Assembly (NCBI GenBank): GCA_041651395.1
Contig: JBAZJI010000002.1
Coordinates: forward strand, 13,010-77,009
DNA length: 64,000 nucleotides
Direction: 5' to 3'
DNA from: Minisyncoccota bacterium
GTDB taxonomy: Bacteria; Patescibacteriota; Minisyncoccia; Minisyncoccales; JAGOPM01
Part shown: one piece after another, positions 9,175 through 17,687 of the stretch
How the letters are laid out: the number at the start of each line of letters is the position of its first letter
Numbering within the stretch: the first letter of the stretch is position 1
Position numbers and translations under genes: made by a program
Notes under the pieces: model-generated
What the model was told of the DNA's origin: nothing
Database searches by the model: none
Seen by the model: the letters and a program-made list of their open reading frames with translations, nothing else

Positions 9175-9322
9175 AATCTCTCCGTTTTACAGGTATCAAT
9201 ATACCACCCACGTCTTTTCACGCCTAGACACCTTCTAAAATGACTGCGTAATACTCATTGTCATTTGTACCACGGTTTTGCAATATTTTTATACCATACT
9301 GGTAGTGTGTCTACCGCTGTAA

Positions 9323-9340
9323 ACCACTATATATAGTGGT
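9323..9340. promoter_or_regulatory. perfect 18-bp palindromic operator accactatatatagtggt
   Basis: Self-complementary; family member of sites at 9391-9437, 55046-55065, 55531-55546. Confidence 0.6.
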
Positions 9341-9390
9341 ATTCAAGCTATATTGCGCTATCATCGGTTTATGAAATGTTGTGTGTGATA

Positions 9391-9437
9391 CCACTAGATA
9401 TAGTGTTGATACCGTCTATATACACTATATCTAGTGG
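9391..9437. promoter_or_regulatory. pair of inverted 16-bp operator copies ccactagatatagtgt / acactatatctagtgg
   Basis: Exact reverse complements at 9391-9406 and 9422-9437 separated by 15 nt, in a 270-bp intergenic region. Confidence 0.6.
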
Positions 9438-9443
9438 TGTTGA

Positions 9444-10460
9444 CTACTGACCTTGTGAGAAGCACTTTACCACTTCTGTTAGTGGCATCGAAAGGATACT
9501 TGCAATTTCTGTTAGCGATTTTCCTTCTGACTGCAATTCAATCGCCTTTGCTTTATTCTCTTCTGCTAACAAAAACTGCTCTTCTGCTTCGGCTTGCTTT
9601 TGTTCTTTGAGCGCATATAACCACGCAAGTCTTTGATCTTGTGTCAAAGTTCCTTGCACAATAGACATTTCAAAATCGTCTGGAGTTTCATCTTTTGTTG
9701 GTTTGCGATTTCCAATAGGATTTGCAATGTATCTTTCAATGCTATCCCACAGCGATCTTTCAAAGTTTTCTTGTGTGCTAATCGGAGTGATTTTTGTCGG
9801 TAAAAGTTGAATTGTACGCAACCCTCTATCGGTCATCATATTCTTTTCGATGTTCTTTAGAACAAGCGCAATCGGAGTTGAACTTGCAGGATTGCGTCGT
9901 AACCACAAACGCAAATTGCACACACTATCTACCGCTTTGGATACAGCAGGGATTTCTTTACCGGTAGCAGCATTGTTCAAATATTGATTTTTAAGGTGTG
10001 AAATCAAAATAACCAGAGGCACTTTAGTTTGCAGTCTGTGGATAAGTTCTGCCTCATAATTTCGTGCTTCCTTGTATTCTTCACCGGCTTTAATTTTTCC
10101 CATAGCGGCCCAACTGTCTCTAAAAAGGCTGTTGTGAGTTTGAACATAGTTTGCACAAGTCTCTGCAAAACCTGTCCACGTATCCCAAACCAAAACGTCA
10201 TATTTATTTGCTTCAATACTGTCTATAATCTCAAGTCCTTTTTCGTGTCTTTCAATCGGCTTTAATCGTTTGTCACCGATAAAGTCAATGTACTTTCCAA
10301 ATTCAATACCATCTTCAATAATTCTTTGAACGGTAGAGCGGCCCTTTTGATCATCGTCAATAAACAGTGTTCTTTCTGGATTGCCCGCTTCCAAAGCAAA
10401 GCGGGTTTTTCCGACACCATGCTCTCCCGTTATCAATACAACACCTGTAAGTAAAGTCAT
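9444..10460 (-). CDS. AAA_24-like (Sak4/RecA-like) ATPase with C-terminal helix-turn-helix
   Basis: N-terminal VLITGEHGVGKT Walker A, LFIDDD, hydrophobic strand + D Walker B region; C-terminal GKSLTEIASILSMPLTEVVKCF HTH. Confidence 0.5.
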   Translation of the reverse strand: MTLLTGVVLITGEHGVGKTRFALEAGNPERTLFIDDDQKGRSTVQRIIEDGIEFGKYIDFIGDKRLKPIERHEKGLEIIDSIEANKYDVLVWDTWTGFAETCANYVQTHNSLFRDSWAAMGKIKAGEEYKEARNYEAELIHRLQTKVPLVILISHLKNQYLNNAATGKEIPAVSKAVDSVCNLRLWLRRNPASSTPIALVLKNIEKNMMTDRGLRTIQLLPTKITPISTQENFERSLWDSIERYIANPIGNRKPTKDETPDDFEMSIVQGTLTQDQRLAWLYALKEQKQAEAEEQFLLAEENKAKAIELQSEGKSLTEIASILSMPLTEVVKCFSQGQ

Positions 10461-10666
10461 TCTGTTTTGTCTCCTTTATATCTACTTATAACTATATCTG
10501 GATTACAATTACAAAAACCTCCGGTGTATACATCACACCAATCATCGTGAAAAATGTCATACATACTTAATCCAACATCGCATTTTATCTTACCAGTTTT
10601 TATCATATTTAACATCTTATTTTTGTAATTATGCTCAGTTGTTGAAGGATTTTTATAAGCAGTCAT
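10457..10666 (-). CDS. hypothetical Cys-containing small protein
   Basis: 69-aa ORF overlapping both neighbours by 1-4 nt. Confidence 0.5.
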   Translation of the reverse strand: MTAYKNPSTTEHNYKNKMLNMIKTGKIKCDVGLSMYDIFHDDWCDVYTGGFCNCNPDIVISRYKGDKTE

Positions 10667-11622
10667 TATTCTTCATTCTCCTTTTGAACTGTAAAATTTC
10701 CATTACTAATAAAAATGTATTCACCATCGGCTAAACCGACATACTCTCTAGCGTTGCCAATTAAACCTTTACCGATTCCTTTACAGTGGTTAGCTGTTTC
10801 CAACGATGTCGCATAAACCAACAACTCTAATAACGTTGGGTGTCTGGGAACTCCTAAGCACTGTTTGGCATAATTATACAACGAATTCACTTTGCCGACT
10901 CCCCACCCTGGAATTGATACCATAGACAGACGTGCGTCTTGTACCGGTATCATAAGTTGTAACGGGTCATCTAATTCAGGTAAATCAGGGGGATAATAAA
11001 CCGTGGGTACTATCCATTGAACGTTTTTCCGCTTGTATTTCAACAGTTGTGACTCTTGCAATTTTACCCATTCTAAAATATCGTTGTCAGTTGGTACGAA
11101 TTCGACAAGAGCGCCCTTGTATTTGATTGCTGAGATTGCGCCCTGAAAACTACTCCAAGTCCATTCGGTTTTGTTGCCATTTAAGGTAAGCAAGTCGTTT
11201 CGTTTGTCGAAAATACCGGTTACTAGAATGATGCGCTGGTATTGTTTTTGTGATACCTGTGTCATTCTGGCAATGGCTTCATTCAATCTACTACCCATAG
11301 AGGCCACAAAGTCAAGGCCAGACTTCCTTTGTACCAATATCGCGCCTGCAAATAGCCACTTGTGAATAACCGATTCTTGATTATTCATAAGTTCAATAAC
11401 GTCCGGTAACGGCAATTCCAGTTCCTTAGAAATGTCCATTAGATTCTTACCGGCTTCTTGAAGTGCAATCGCCTTTTCATAATTTCCCAATTCAGGGACA
11501 ATCATAAAATCGGCACCGGTAATTTTCTCCAAGTTATTGAACGGTTTCCCATAATCCACTACCGATTGTGGTAGATTTGACGTTTCCCTAGATTCTGAAA
11601 TGTCGTAATAGATCATAATCAC
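10666..11622 (-). CDS. hypothetical protein, possible nuclease with HTH
   Basis: 318 aa; GKNLMDISKELELPLPDVIELM HTH-like; VQRKSGLDF loosely resembles ERK..D of ERCC4-type nucleases (weak). Confidence 0.55.
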   Translation of the reverse strand: MIMIYYDISESRETSNLPQSVVDYGKPFNNLEKITGADFMIVPELGNYEKAIALQEAGKNLMDISKELELPLPDVIELMNNQESVIHKWLFAGAILVQRKSGLDFVASMGSRLNEAIARMTQVSQKQYQRIILVTGIFDKRNDLLTLNGNKTEWTWSSFQGAISAIKYKGALVEFVPTDNDILEWVKLQESQLLKYKRKNVQWIVPTVYYPPDLPELDDPLQLMIPVQDARLSMVSIPGWGVGKVNSLYNYAKQCLGVPRHPTLLELLVYATSLETANHCKGIGKGLIGNAREYVGLADGEYIFISNGNFTVQKENEE

Positions 11623-11963
11623 TCCAATAATTCTGGATTCTCATAGATGTTGCCAACAACAATAGAAAATTCGTTATAATAATGTAATTCACATTTATGG
11701 ACGTTTAACCAAAAACAACCGTTTCTAAATTCAACAAACGATGTCAACTCAAATCCATAGTCGTAAATATCATTATGGTAATTTGAAGTTATAATGTCGC
11801 CCTCGTATATTTCTTTCCCCGTTGAATCTTTCAAGCCGGTGTATTGCATAGGAATAATATCTGAACTGATAAACAGGCCATAGACGGTATATAAATTACA
11901 AATACTTTCAAAGTCTACCATTCTCTTGTTGTCTACCCACGCTCTAAACTTAATTTCACGCAT
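11619..11963 (-). CDS. YopX family protein (copy 2)
   Basis: MREIKFRAW...MQYTGLKDSTGKEIYEGDI...GNIYENPELLE; paralog of 7936-8349. Confidence 0.8.
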   Translation of the reverse strand: MREIKFRAWVDNKRMVDFESICNLYTVYGLFISSDIIPMQYTGLKDSTGKEIYEGDIITSNYHNDIYDYGFELTSFVEFRNGCFWLNVHKCELHYYNEFSIVVGNIYENPELLE

Positions 11964-11996
11964 CGTTTTTATCTCCTTTGCTAGTGAATAACACGT

Positions 11997-12024
11997 ATTA
12001 TACCACTATGTCTAAATAATGCAA
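11997..12024 (-). promoter_or_regulatory. promoter TTGCAT-16-TATAAT (TG-extended)
   Basis: Reverse complement ttgcattatttagacatagtggtataat upstream of YopX copy 2. Confidence 0.5.
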
Positions 12025-12057
12025 AAAACCTTCAGCGTATGGAAGGTTTTTGTTTTT
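12023..12057. terminator. bidirectional hairpin terminator
   Basis: Stem aaccttc/gaaggtt flanked by A-run and T-run. Confidence 0.55.
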
Positions 12058-12075
12058 ATGTGCTATATTTAATTT

Positions 12076-12240
12076 CTAAAGTTCTTCAAACGTAGGAACG
12101 TTTTCTAAATCTGCAATGAGCAGTTCCAGTACTGCATTGTATTCAAGTTCGGTCAATTCGCTGTTTACAAATGCTTCAAAGATGTATTCTCTGATATTGT
12201 CCTGCAAGTCTAATACTTTTTCACTTACGCCATTAACCAT
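12076..12240 (-). CDS. hypothetical small acidic protein (54 aa, below ORF-track cutoff)
   Basis: Hand translation MVNGVSEKVLDLQDNIREYIFEAFVNSELTELEYNAVLELLIADLENVPTFEEL*; AGGAG 10 nt upstream. Confidence 0.5.
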   Translation of the reverse strand: MVNGVSEKVLDLQDNIREYIFEAFVNSELTELEYNAVLELLIADLENVPTFEEL

Positions 12241-12244
12241 AGTA

Positions 12245-12955
12245 CTATGCTCCTAAAATTGTCTTAACATCGGCTTCGGTAAGGTTTCCAATTGACTTGG
12301 CAATAGTCGCAGCATCTTGTTTCAACCCGGCCAGCATCTTAACGGCGCTTACAACATCCTCAGAGAATGACGCTGCTGGTACAACCGGTGTAGATTCACC
12401 CTTACCAGACTTCGTTGCAAGATAATCAGCATATGCCTCTTCACGGCTGTTGTAAACGGCAACAACCTTTGCAGTATTATACTGCGGTTCAGGTTGTTTC
12501 TTTGTCGGCTGTTGTTTCACGTCCAAAACCTTAACGTACTTGCCCTGAAGCGCTTTCAAAGCTGCCGTCGCATCTGTCAACCCCGTAACACTTAAAACAG
12601 ACGGTTCAAAAATCGCTTCCCAATCCGAAAGAATTCTAGTATACTTACCGTCATCGCCTTTCTTATTCCAGGGAGCGGCTTTAACCTGAATCCGGCGCGA
12701 ATACGGCTTTTGCAGTTCTGGATTGAATTCTTGCGTATCTACCATCGCTGTCAACTCCAACATCTTAAACCCAGAGAATGCTTTCCACTCTTTCGGAGAA
12801 ACTTCTCTAAAGCTACCGTTGTCGTAAACCTTAGCGACAGTCTTAGAGCTGAATCGGCCAATCTGGGAAAAAGAAGTAGCTTGCTCCAAAAGTTCTTCAG
12901 CATCTTCATACAACTCTGCAAAATCTTCAAAACCAAGTTCAAAATTATCAGTCAT
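12245..12955 (-). CDS. hypothetical protein; possible ssDNA-binding partner of the AAA_24 ATPase
   Basis: 236-aa ORF with SD aaaggaga, first gene of minus-strand block; function guessed only from module context. Confidence 0.6.
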   Translation of the reverse strand: MTDNFELGFEDFAELYEDAEELLEQATSFSQIGRFSSKTVAKVYDNGSFREVSPKEWKAFSGFKMLELTAMVDTQEFNPELQKPYSRRIQVKAAPWNKKGDDGKYTRILSDWEAIFEPSVLSVTGLTDATAALKALQGKYVKVLDVKQQPTKKQPEPQYNTAKVVAVYNSREEAYADYLATKSGKGESTPVVPAASFSEDVVSAVKMLAGLKQDAATIAKSIGNLTEADVKTILGA

Positions 12956-13079
12956 ACTTTATTTATCTCCTTTAGATTTGTTTTTACTGACAAAACATAT
13001 TTTACCACACTACCTGTTTTTTGTCAACCGGCAACAAAAAGCGCCATACGTTATATACAACATTGCTAAATTGCCAAAT

Positions 13080-13108
13080 TTGACAAACTTTATTGAATAT
13101 GGTATAAT
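13080..13108 (+). promoter_or_regulatory. consensus promoter TTGACA-17-TATAAT
   Basis: ttgacaaactttattgaatatggtataat; divergent from minus replication block. Confidence 0.65.
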
Positions 13109-13145
13109 ATCTAAGTTTGTTATCTTTTATATAGGAGTTATTAGA

Positions 13146-13418
13146 ATGGAGTCGCTAGTTGGATTAAAGGCCATAGATATTGTACAAAAGTTGGGGGAAA
13201 GTGGAAGTTTTCAAATCGGTAGTTACGGAAGACCGATCTGTACAGTTGTACCAGTTGTCACCGATTGTTACCAGTTGGTAAAACTGTTTTACAGTATAGG
13301 AAGTGGATTAGATTGTAATGATTATACAGTGGTCAGAAAACCGCATAATCAAAGCGATCTGGCAAAGATTTATAGAGAGTTGGAAAAGGAGTTACAGAAT
13401 GAGGGAGAAGCTGTTTAG
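13146..13418 (+). CDS. hypothetical protein
   Basis: Start moved to MESLVGLK (AGGAG SD); upstream part of ORF 12978 covers the promoter. Confidence 0.55.
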   Translation: MESLVGLKAIDIVQKLGESGSFQIGSYGRPICTVVPVVTDCYQLVKLFYSIGSGLDCNDYTVVRKPHNQSDLAKIYRELEKELQNEGEAV

Positions 13419-13740
13419 ATTTTTGGCATTTGTCTTTGTCCCTGTTGTAATTTGCTTGGGTGTTGTAATCTGGTACAAAGTAGCAGAGTTCAATAGCAAT
13501 GTGTGGCAATCAAAAGCGATTATAGCGCAGATACAACCGGCGATCATTGAAGCAGAATCGCAAGCAGATATAAATAGAGCGGTTGCTTTCAGTGTCTATA
13601 CCAATAGCGCTATAACTGCTTTTTCAGTTGGAATACCATACTTAGTAATCCTATTATTTGCTTTATACAAACTGATTGAATTTGGAGCAAAGAACTATGA
13701 GAAATTACGGATTAGAAGTAGCAATCCCGCAAGCGGTTAA
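13399..13740 (+). CDS. hypothetical membrane protein
   Basis: Start at MREKLFRF with AAAAGGAG SD; two hydrophobic helices. Confidence 0.55.
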   Translation: MREKLFRFLAFVFVPVVICLGVVIWYKVAEFNSNVWQSKAIIAQIQPAIIEAESQADINRAVAFSVYTNSAITAFSVGIPYLVILLFALYKLIEFGAKNYEKLRIRSSNPASG

Positions 13741-14302
13741 AGATGAGTTTGTATACCGCAGTCGGCAACAAGCATTTAATCATTTGCTTGGATGGGGTAT
13801 TGGATTGCTTTCTATTGCAATTACAGTTGATATAGCCATCTATTTGATAATGGATATGATTGCTTTTCCATTGCTTGAAATTCCTGCAATCGTTTTTGCA
13901 CTCTATAAATTCTCAAAAGCATTGGTACAGTATACTAATGAAGATAGAGACATTCTAAACGGTCGCTACTTCTCTTATGATAGCATTATAGAAGAAGTGG
14001 ATAGCAAAGAACCGGAAACAACGGATGAGATAACTACGATCATTCCACAAGCAAATGGGAAAGCGCATTTCAATTTGCATATAGGTATGACTGCTACGCA
14101 ATTGAAAAGCATTGCTAACACAATGCTAAGCACTGGCACATTAACTGTAAACTACATCGAAAGTCTAGGAATATCCCGACAGAATGCAGAGAAGTTAAGA
14201 AGCGAACTGGCAACATACCGGTTATTATCCTTTGATGATAAAGGCCGCGTCAAGCTCACTCAAGACGGTATAAAAGTTTGTAAACAGATTATAAAAGGCT
14301 AG
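13697..14302 (+). CDS. hypothetical membrane protein
   Basis: Start at MRNYGLEV with GGAG SD; two TM helices then soluble domain. Confidence 0.55.
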   Translation: MRNYGLEVAIPQAVKDEFVYRSRQQAFNHLLGWGIGLLSIAITVDIAIYLIMDMIAFPLLEIPAIVFALYKFSKALVQYTNEDRDILNGRYFSYDSIIEEVDSKEPETTDEITTIIPQANGKAHFNLHIGMTATQLKSIANTMLSTGTLTVNYIESLGISRQNAEKLRSELATYRLLSFDDKGRVKLTQDGIKVCKQIIKG

Positions 14303-14325
14303 ATTAGATTCTAGCCTTTTAATTT
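14294..14325 (+). terminator. rho-independent terminator
   Basis: Stem aaaggctag/ctagccttt plus T-run; stop codon inside stem. Confidence 0.6.
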
Positions 14326-14351
14326 GTAACGATTACAAACTAGAAAAAGCA

Positions 14352-14380
14352 TTGACAAGAAGCGGTTTTTGTAGTAGAAT
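14352..14380 (+). promoter_or_regulatory. promoter TTGACA-17-TAGAAT
   Basis: ttgacaagaagcggtttttgtagtagaat. Confidence 0.55.
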
Positions 14381-14490
14381 ACTAACATCTGAGGTTTACC
14401 GAATTAGCCAGTATTGCTTAACTTGTTCCGCATAAAAACAGACGGCAAATCTGGCAAGATCAAACTAAAATTAGATAAGGAGACGTTAAT

Positions 14491-14691
14491 ATGAATACAG
14501 ATTTCAAAAATGACAATGGTTGCAAGCATCAAATATTTAGTAAAGGTAATAAGTTTGTTAAAGATGGTAGGCTTCTTCAGATTTATGAGGTTTACCACGA
14601 TGGTAAAAATTATCTTTATGATATTGATGGAAAGCTTATGACTGCAAGCCAGATTCTTGGAGAATACACACTACTCATTAAAATCGAATAA
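14491..14691 (+). CDS. hypothetical protein
   Basis: 66 aa, SD taaggaga. Confidence 0.5.
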   Translation: MNTDFKNDNGCKHQIFSKGNKFVKDGRLLQIYEVYHDGKNYLYDIDGKLMTASQILGEYTLLIKIE

Positions 14692-14767
14692 AACCACTCC
14701 CCCGCTCTCAGAACTGTCTAAAAAACAGCACATACACACAAAACACAACACTAAAATTATAGAAATT

Positions 14768-14803
14768 AGCCAACTTCGTAAAGTTTGAAGTTGGCTTTTT
14801 TCT
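14768..14803 (+). terminator. rho-independent terminator
   Basis: 10-bp stem agccaacttc/gaagttggct plus TTTTTT. Confidence 0.65.
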
Positions 14804-14807
14804 TTGT

Positions 14808-14835
14808 TTGACTTTGCAATATTTTATGATATAAT
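14808..14835 (+). promoter_or_regulatory. class-L promoter cassette TTGACT-16-TATAAT
   Basis: tttgactttgcaatattttatgatataatgaag; related to 34369 and 59791 cassettes. Confidence 0.6.
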
Positions 14836-14871
14836 GAAGATAATAATAGTGTAAAATGCGCGAGGTGAATT

Positions 14872-15162
14872 ATGGATTTTAACATTGGGCCTATCGGTGT
14901 AGCAGCTTTAACGATGGCAATTACTCAGGGCGTTAAAGAGATTTTTGGAATTGACGGTAAAAAGAATCAACTGGTTGCCGTTATCGTTGGGATTGTTTTA
15001 ACATCGCTGTCTTATGGTATCTCTAATCAGTTGATACCGGCGGTAGCAGTTCCATATATTGAATGGGCAGTGGTAGCGCTCGGAGGCGGATTATCTGCTA
15101 TCGGTTTATTCGGACTGTTTACCAAAGAAACAGTAAAAGCACTTAAAAAACTTAGCGAATAA
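14872..15162 (+). CDS. small membrane protein, holin-like
   Basis: 96 aa, three hydrophobic segments and charged C-terminus; topology only. Confidence 0.4.
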   Translation: MDFNIGPIGVAALTMAITQGVKEIFGIDGKKNQLVAVIVGIVLTSLSYGISNQLIPAVAVPYIEWAVVALGGGLSAIGLFGLFTKETVKALKKLSE

Positions 15163-15596
15163 TGGACTTTGAAAATATAGCCACCACCGTTAGTTTGATT
15201 ATCAGCGCTTTATTAGGCGGTGGCGGCATCGTTGCTCTGATTAGATCGGCGAGTATTGTACGCAATAATAATAAACGCACCGACATTAAGGCACTTGAAA
15301 GCGCTCTTAAAACGATTCAAGACCGGTATCAGGAGCTTGTAAGTGACAATAACACCAATTTTAAGCAAACTCAAGACCGCTTGAAGTTTCTTGAAATAGA
15401 GTATGTGAAGCAGTCGCAACAAAACAATGAAAGTCTAAAAAGAATTGCAGAGTTAGAAATAGATTTGAAGAAAGCTAACGATAAAATTTCAGTGTTAGAA
15501 TTAGAATTAAACAAGAAAAATCTTGACATAATGAAATTAGAGCAAGAGAACATTGAATTGAGAAAACAAAATAACCGAATTGGGCTTATGGCATAA
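15162..15596 (+). CDS. N-terminally anchored coiled-coil protein
   Basis: N-terminal TM segment then heptad-rich KLE/ELE sequence; ATGA-type coupling. Confidence 0.55.
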   Translation: MDFENIATTVSLIISALLGGGGIVALIRSASIVRNNNKRTDIKALESALKTIQDRYQELVSDNNTNFKQTQDRLKFLEIEYVKQSQQNNESLKRIAELEIDLKKANDKISVLELELNKKNLDIMKLEQENIELRKQNNRIGLMA

Positions 15597-15868
15597 TGAT
15601 AAAAAAGATAATCGTTTTTGTGGTCAGCATATTTTCGTTTATATGGATACATCGGTTTTTTAGATTTTTGGATAAGTACCCGGTTGGATGGAGTACCATT
15701 ACATCACATACAGTTGGGATACTGCTATCGTTTCCATTTTTTGTTGCCTACATTTTGATCGGCGAAAAGCCTGAAAATGCTTATGCATTGACATTTTTAG
15801 GAGCAGGTGCGGGAACTTCTTTCGGATGGATGTTAGAAGATGCTACGGGCGATTCTACTAGGATATAA
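15596..15868 (+). CDS. hypothetical membrane protein
   Basis: 90 aa, three hydrophobic helices. Confidence 0.55.
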   Translation: MIKKIIVFVVSIFSFIWIHRFFRFLDKYPVGWSTITSHTVGILLSFPFFVAYILIGEKPENAYALTFLGAGAGTSFGWMLEDATGDSTRI

Positions 15869-16002
15869 TGGCGTGGTTATTCGGCTTGACGGTTCAAAAA
15901 GTGAAGAGTTACAGATAGTCATTCAAGACGACTTAACGGCGCTATCGTCATTCAGGGCAACGGTACAATTACACGAAGTTTTAGACTAAAGGAGAAAATA
16001 CA

Positions 16003-16209
16003 ATGGAGCTAACACAAGAAACAAAAATTGCAATTATCAAAGCAAAAATCGAATCATACTCACAGCAGTTATACAGTCTTCAACTAGATTACAAAGTTGC
16101 TAAATATCTTGAAAATTCCAATCAAGAAAAACAGATTGAAGAATCAGTAAAGAAAGTATTAAAGGCTATTGATCTTCTGAAAGAAGAAATAGATGCAATC
16201 TCAGAATAA
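16003..16209 (+). CDS. hypothetical coiled-coil protein
   Basis: 68 aa, SD aaaggaga. Confidence 0.5.
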   Translation: MELTQETKIAIIKAKIESYSQQLYSLQLDYKVAKYLENSNQEKQIEESVKKVLKAIDLLKEEIDAISE

Positions 16210-16369
16210 TGCAGACAAAGTTGAATCGGGTAAGAAGTGCCTAACCTGTCAATACTTCAACCTGAACTATTGCGAGTTATGTAATCACCTTACAGAACAA
16301 AACGAGAAGTGCTTTCTGTATATGCCGGAATTCGATTACAATAAAAAAGAACTAGACAACTGTGTCTAG
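16193..16369 (+). CDS. hypothetical Cys-rich small protein (58 aa, below ORF-track cutoff)
   Basis: Hand translation MQSQNNADKVESGKKCLTCQYFNLNYCELCNHLTEQNEKCFLYMPEFDYNKKELDNCV*; CxxC...CxxC pattern. Confidence 0.4.
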   Translation: MQSQNNADKVESGKKCLTCQYFNLNYCELCNHLTEQNEKCFLYMPEFDYNKKELDNCV

Positions 16370-16379
16370 TTCTTTTTTA
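16343..16379. terminator. bidirectional terminator
   Basis: 10-bp stem gaactagaca/tgtctagttc flanked by A6 and T6. Confidence 0.65.
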
Positions 16380-16583
16380 TGCCTTATGGATGCCGCTTTA
16401 CTTTAGAGATACTTCATAATCTATAAAATCTATTTGGTGTAATCACTTCTTAGATTAGTAAGATTATGGGTGCTGCTATTTCTAGGGATGCTTCATAAGG
16501 TTTCTTGTTTCTCTTAACTGTTTATAGTATATACCAGAACTTATTTATTGTCAATAGATTTTAGTACAAATTTTGAAAAATAT

Positions 16584-16617
16584 AAAAACTGTAACTCTAT
16601 GTTCTATTTTGTTCTAT
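16584..16617 (+). promoter_or_regulatory. composite upstream module (AAAAACTGTAAC + 2x TGTTCTAT)
   Basis: aaaaactgtaac at 16584-16595, tgttctat at 16600-16607 and 16610-16617, directly upstream of the -35 at 16621; same two motifs at 52100-52134 and 54505-54551. Confidence 0.5.
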
Positions 16618-16620
16618 AAC

Positions 16621-16648
16621 TTGACAAACAAAAATGATGTGGTACAAT
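16621..16648 (+). promoter_or_regulatory. promoter TTGACA-16-TACAAT with palindrome over the -10
   Basis: ttgacaaacaaaaatgatgtggtacaat; arms atgatgtggt/accacatcat flank the -10. Confidence 0.55.
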
Positions 16649-16674
16649 GACCACATCATAATTGTTGTAAACAG

Positions 16675-16719
16675 AATAATGCGTCTAATCCAGCAAGGAT
16701 TGTGCATTATTTTTGTTTT
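16675..16719. terminator. hairpin terminator aataatgc...gcattatt + T-run
   Basis: 8-bp outer stem plus inner aatcc/ggatt stem, then tttttgtttt on plus strand; also downstream of minus gene 16707-16856. Confidence 0.6.
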
Positions 16720-16856
16720 AGCTTTCTGAATTCGTAGTATTTGATAGCAGTTGTAATAGTCAAGTCAACAGCGATAGAGACAAATAATGCCCATATAGGA
16801 ATTCCAAGTTGATTAGGCCACATACCGTATACCAGTAAACAAAATACTGTTAGCAT
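16707..16856 (-). CDS. hypothetical small membrane protein (49 aa)
   Basis: Hand translation MLTVFCLLVYGMWPNQLGIPIWALFVSIAVDLTITTAIKYYEFRKLKQK*; ATG overlaps stop of upstream gene (ATGCTAA). Confidence 0.45.
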   Translation of the reverse strand: MLTVFCLLVYGMWPNQLGIPIWALFVSIAVDLTITTAIKYYEFRKLKQK

Positions 16857-17083
16857 TCGTCTTTGTCCTCTCCCAATACCTCTTGAAGATGCCAGTACAA
16901 AACCAACATTTCAGTTTTGTCTAGTTCGATCTCATTGTAACCAACGTCGTCAATACCGTCTTCTGTGTTCTCTTGAGTAATCAGTAACCATACACCGTCT
17001 TCTTTCTCTTTGGTTTCAAAGATGGTGTCCCAGGTTATACCATCTTCATAACTGTGTGAACTGTCTTTTCTAATCGTTTCCAT
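16850..17083 (-). CDS. hypothetical acidic protein
   Basis: 77-aa ORF, 1-nt overlap with upstream gene. Confidence 0.55.
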   Translation of the reverse strand: METIRKDSSHSYEDGITWDTIFETKEKEDGVWLLITQENTEDGIDDVGYNEIELDKTEMLVLYWHLQEVLGEDKDEC

Positions 17084-17382
17084 TATTGTGGACGCCTTCT
17101 CAAAGTGTCTTTCCAGTATTCAATATAACCATAGTTATGATCGAATTGATAATCACCAAAGTCTACTACCCACTGATAATCTTCAACAAATGGTTCTTGC
17201 TCATAAAAATGCCCATGGCCGTTTTTATCAATTGCCCAATAGTTTGCCCATTCTGGCGCATCGTTCCAATTCGGCTGTAATCCGGTTTCGGTTTCTTTCA
17301 ATTCACATACAACGTTATTGACTACCGATACTCCAAACAACTCCTTAAATTCTTCTGTCGTAAGTTCAAACGTAACCTTCAT
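17083..17382 (-). CDS. hypothetical protein
   Basis: 99-aa ORF, Trp/Tyr-rich. Confidence 0.55.
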   Translation of the reverse strand: MKVTFELTTEEFKELFGVSVVNNVVCELKETETGLQPNWNDAPEWANYWAIDKNGHGHFYEQEPFVEDYQWVVDFGDYQFDHNYGYIEYWKDTLRRRPQ

Positions 17383-17388
17383 TTTTTT

Positions 17389-17577
17389 CTATTCTCCTTT
17401 TAATACTTCCCCTAAGAACTGATAAAGCGCAATGGCTTCTTCTTGAGTAAAAGCGATTATAGATTCTTGTTCACCTTCCTCTTTTTGATACATACCAAGA
17501 GGGACTTCTATACCATCGTTATAATATACTTTAGTGTAGCTTTTGAACTTTTCATCATACATCTCTAGCTTTTCCAT
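17389..17577 (-). CDS. hypothetical protein
   Basis: 62 aa with SD aaaggaga. Confidence 0.5.
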   Translation of the reverse strand: MEKLEMYDEKFKSYTKVYYNDGIEVPLGMYQKEEGEQESIIAFTQEEAIALYQFLGEVLKGE

Positions 17578-17687
17578 AACGTCTCCTTTACTGATAACAA
17601 AATACCACCATTAGCGATTGCTTGAATGTTGGCTTTTGTTTGTGAATAATAGGTATACCAGATATTATACCACGTTCTAAAACCGTG

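Noticed and set aside
12978-13145. N-terminal 56 codons of ORF 12978-13418
   Set aside because: This stretch contains the consensus promoter 13080-13108. The real start, with an AGGAG SD, is at 13146.
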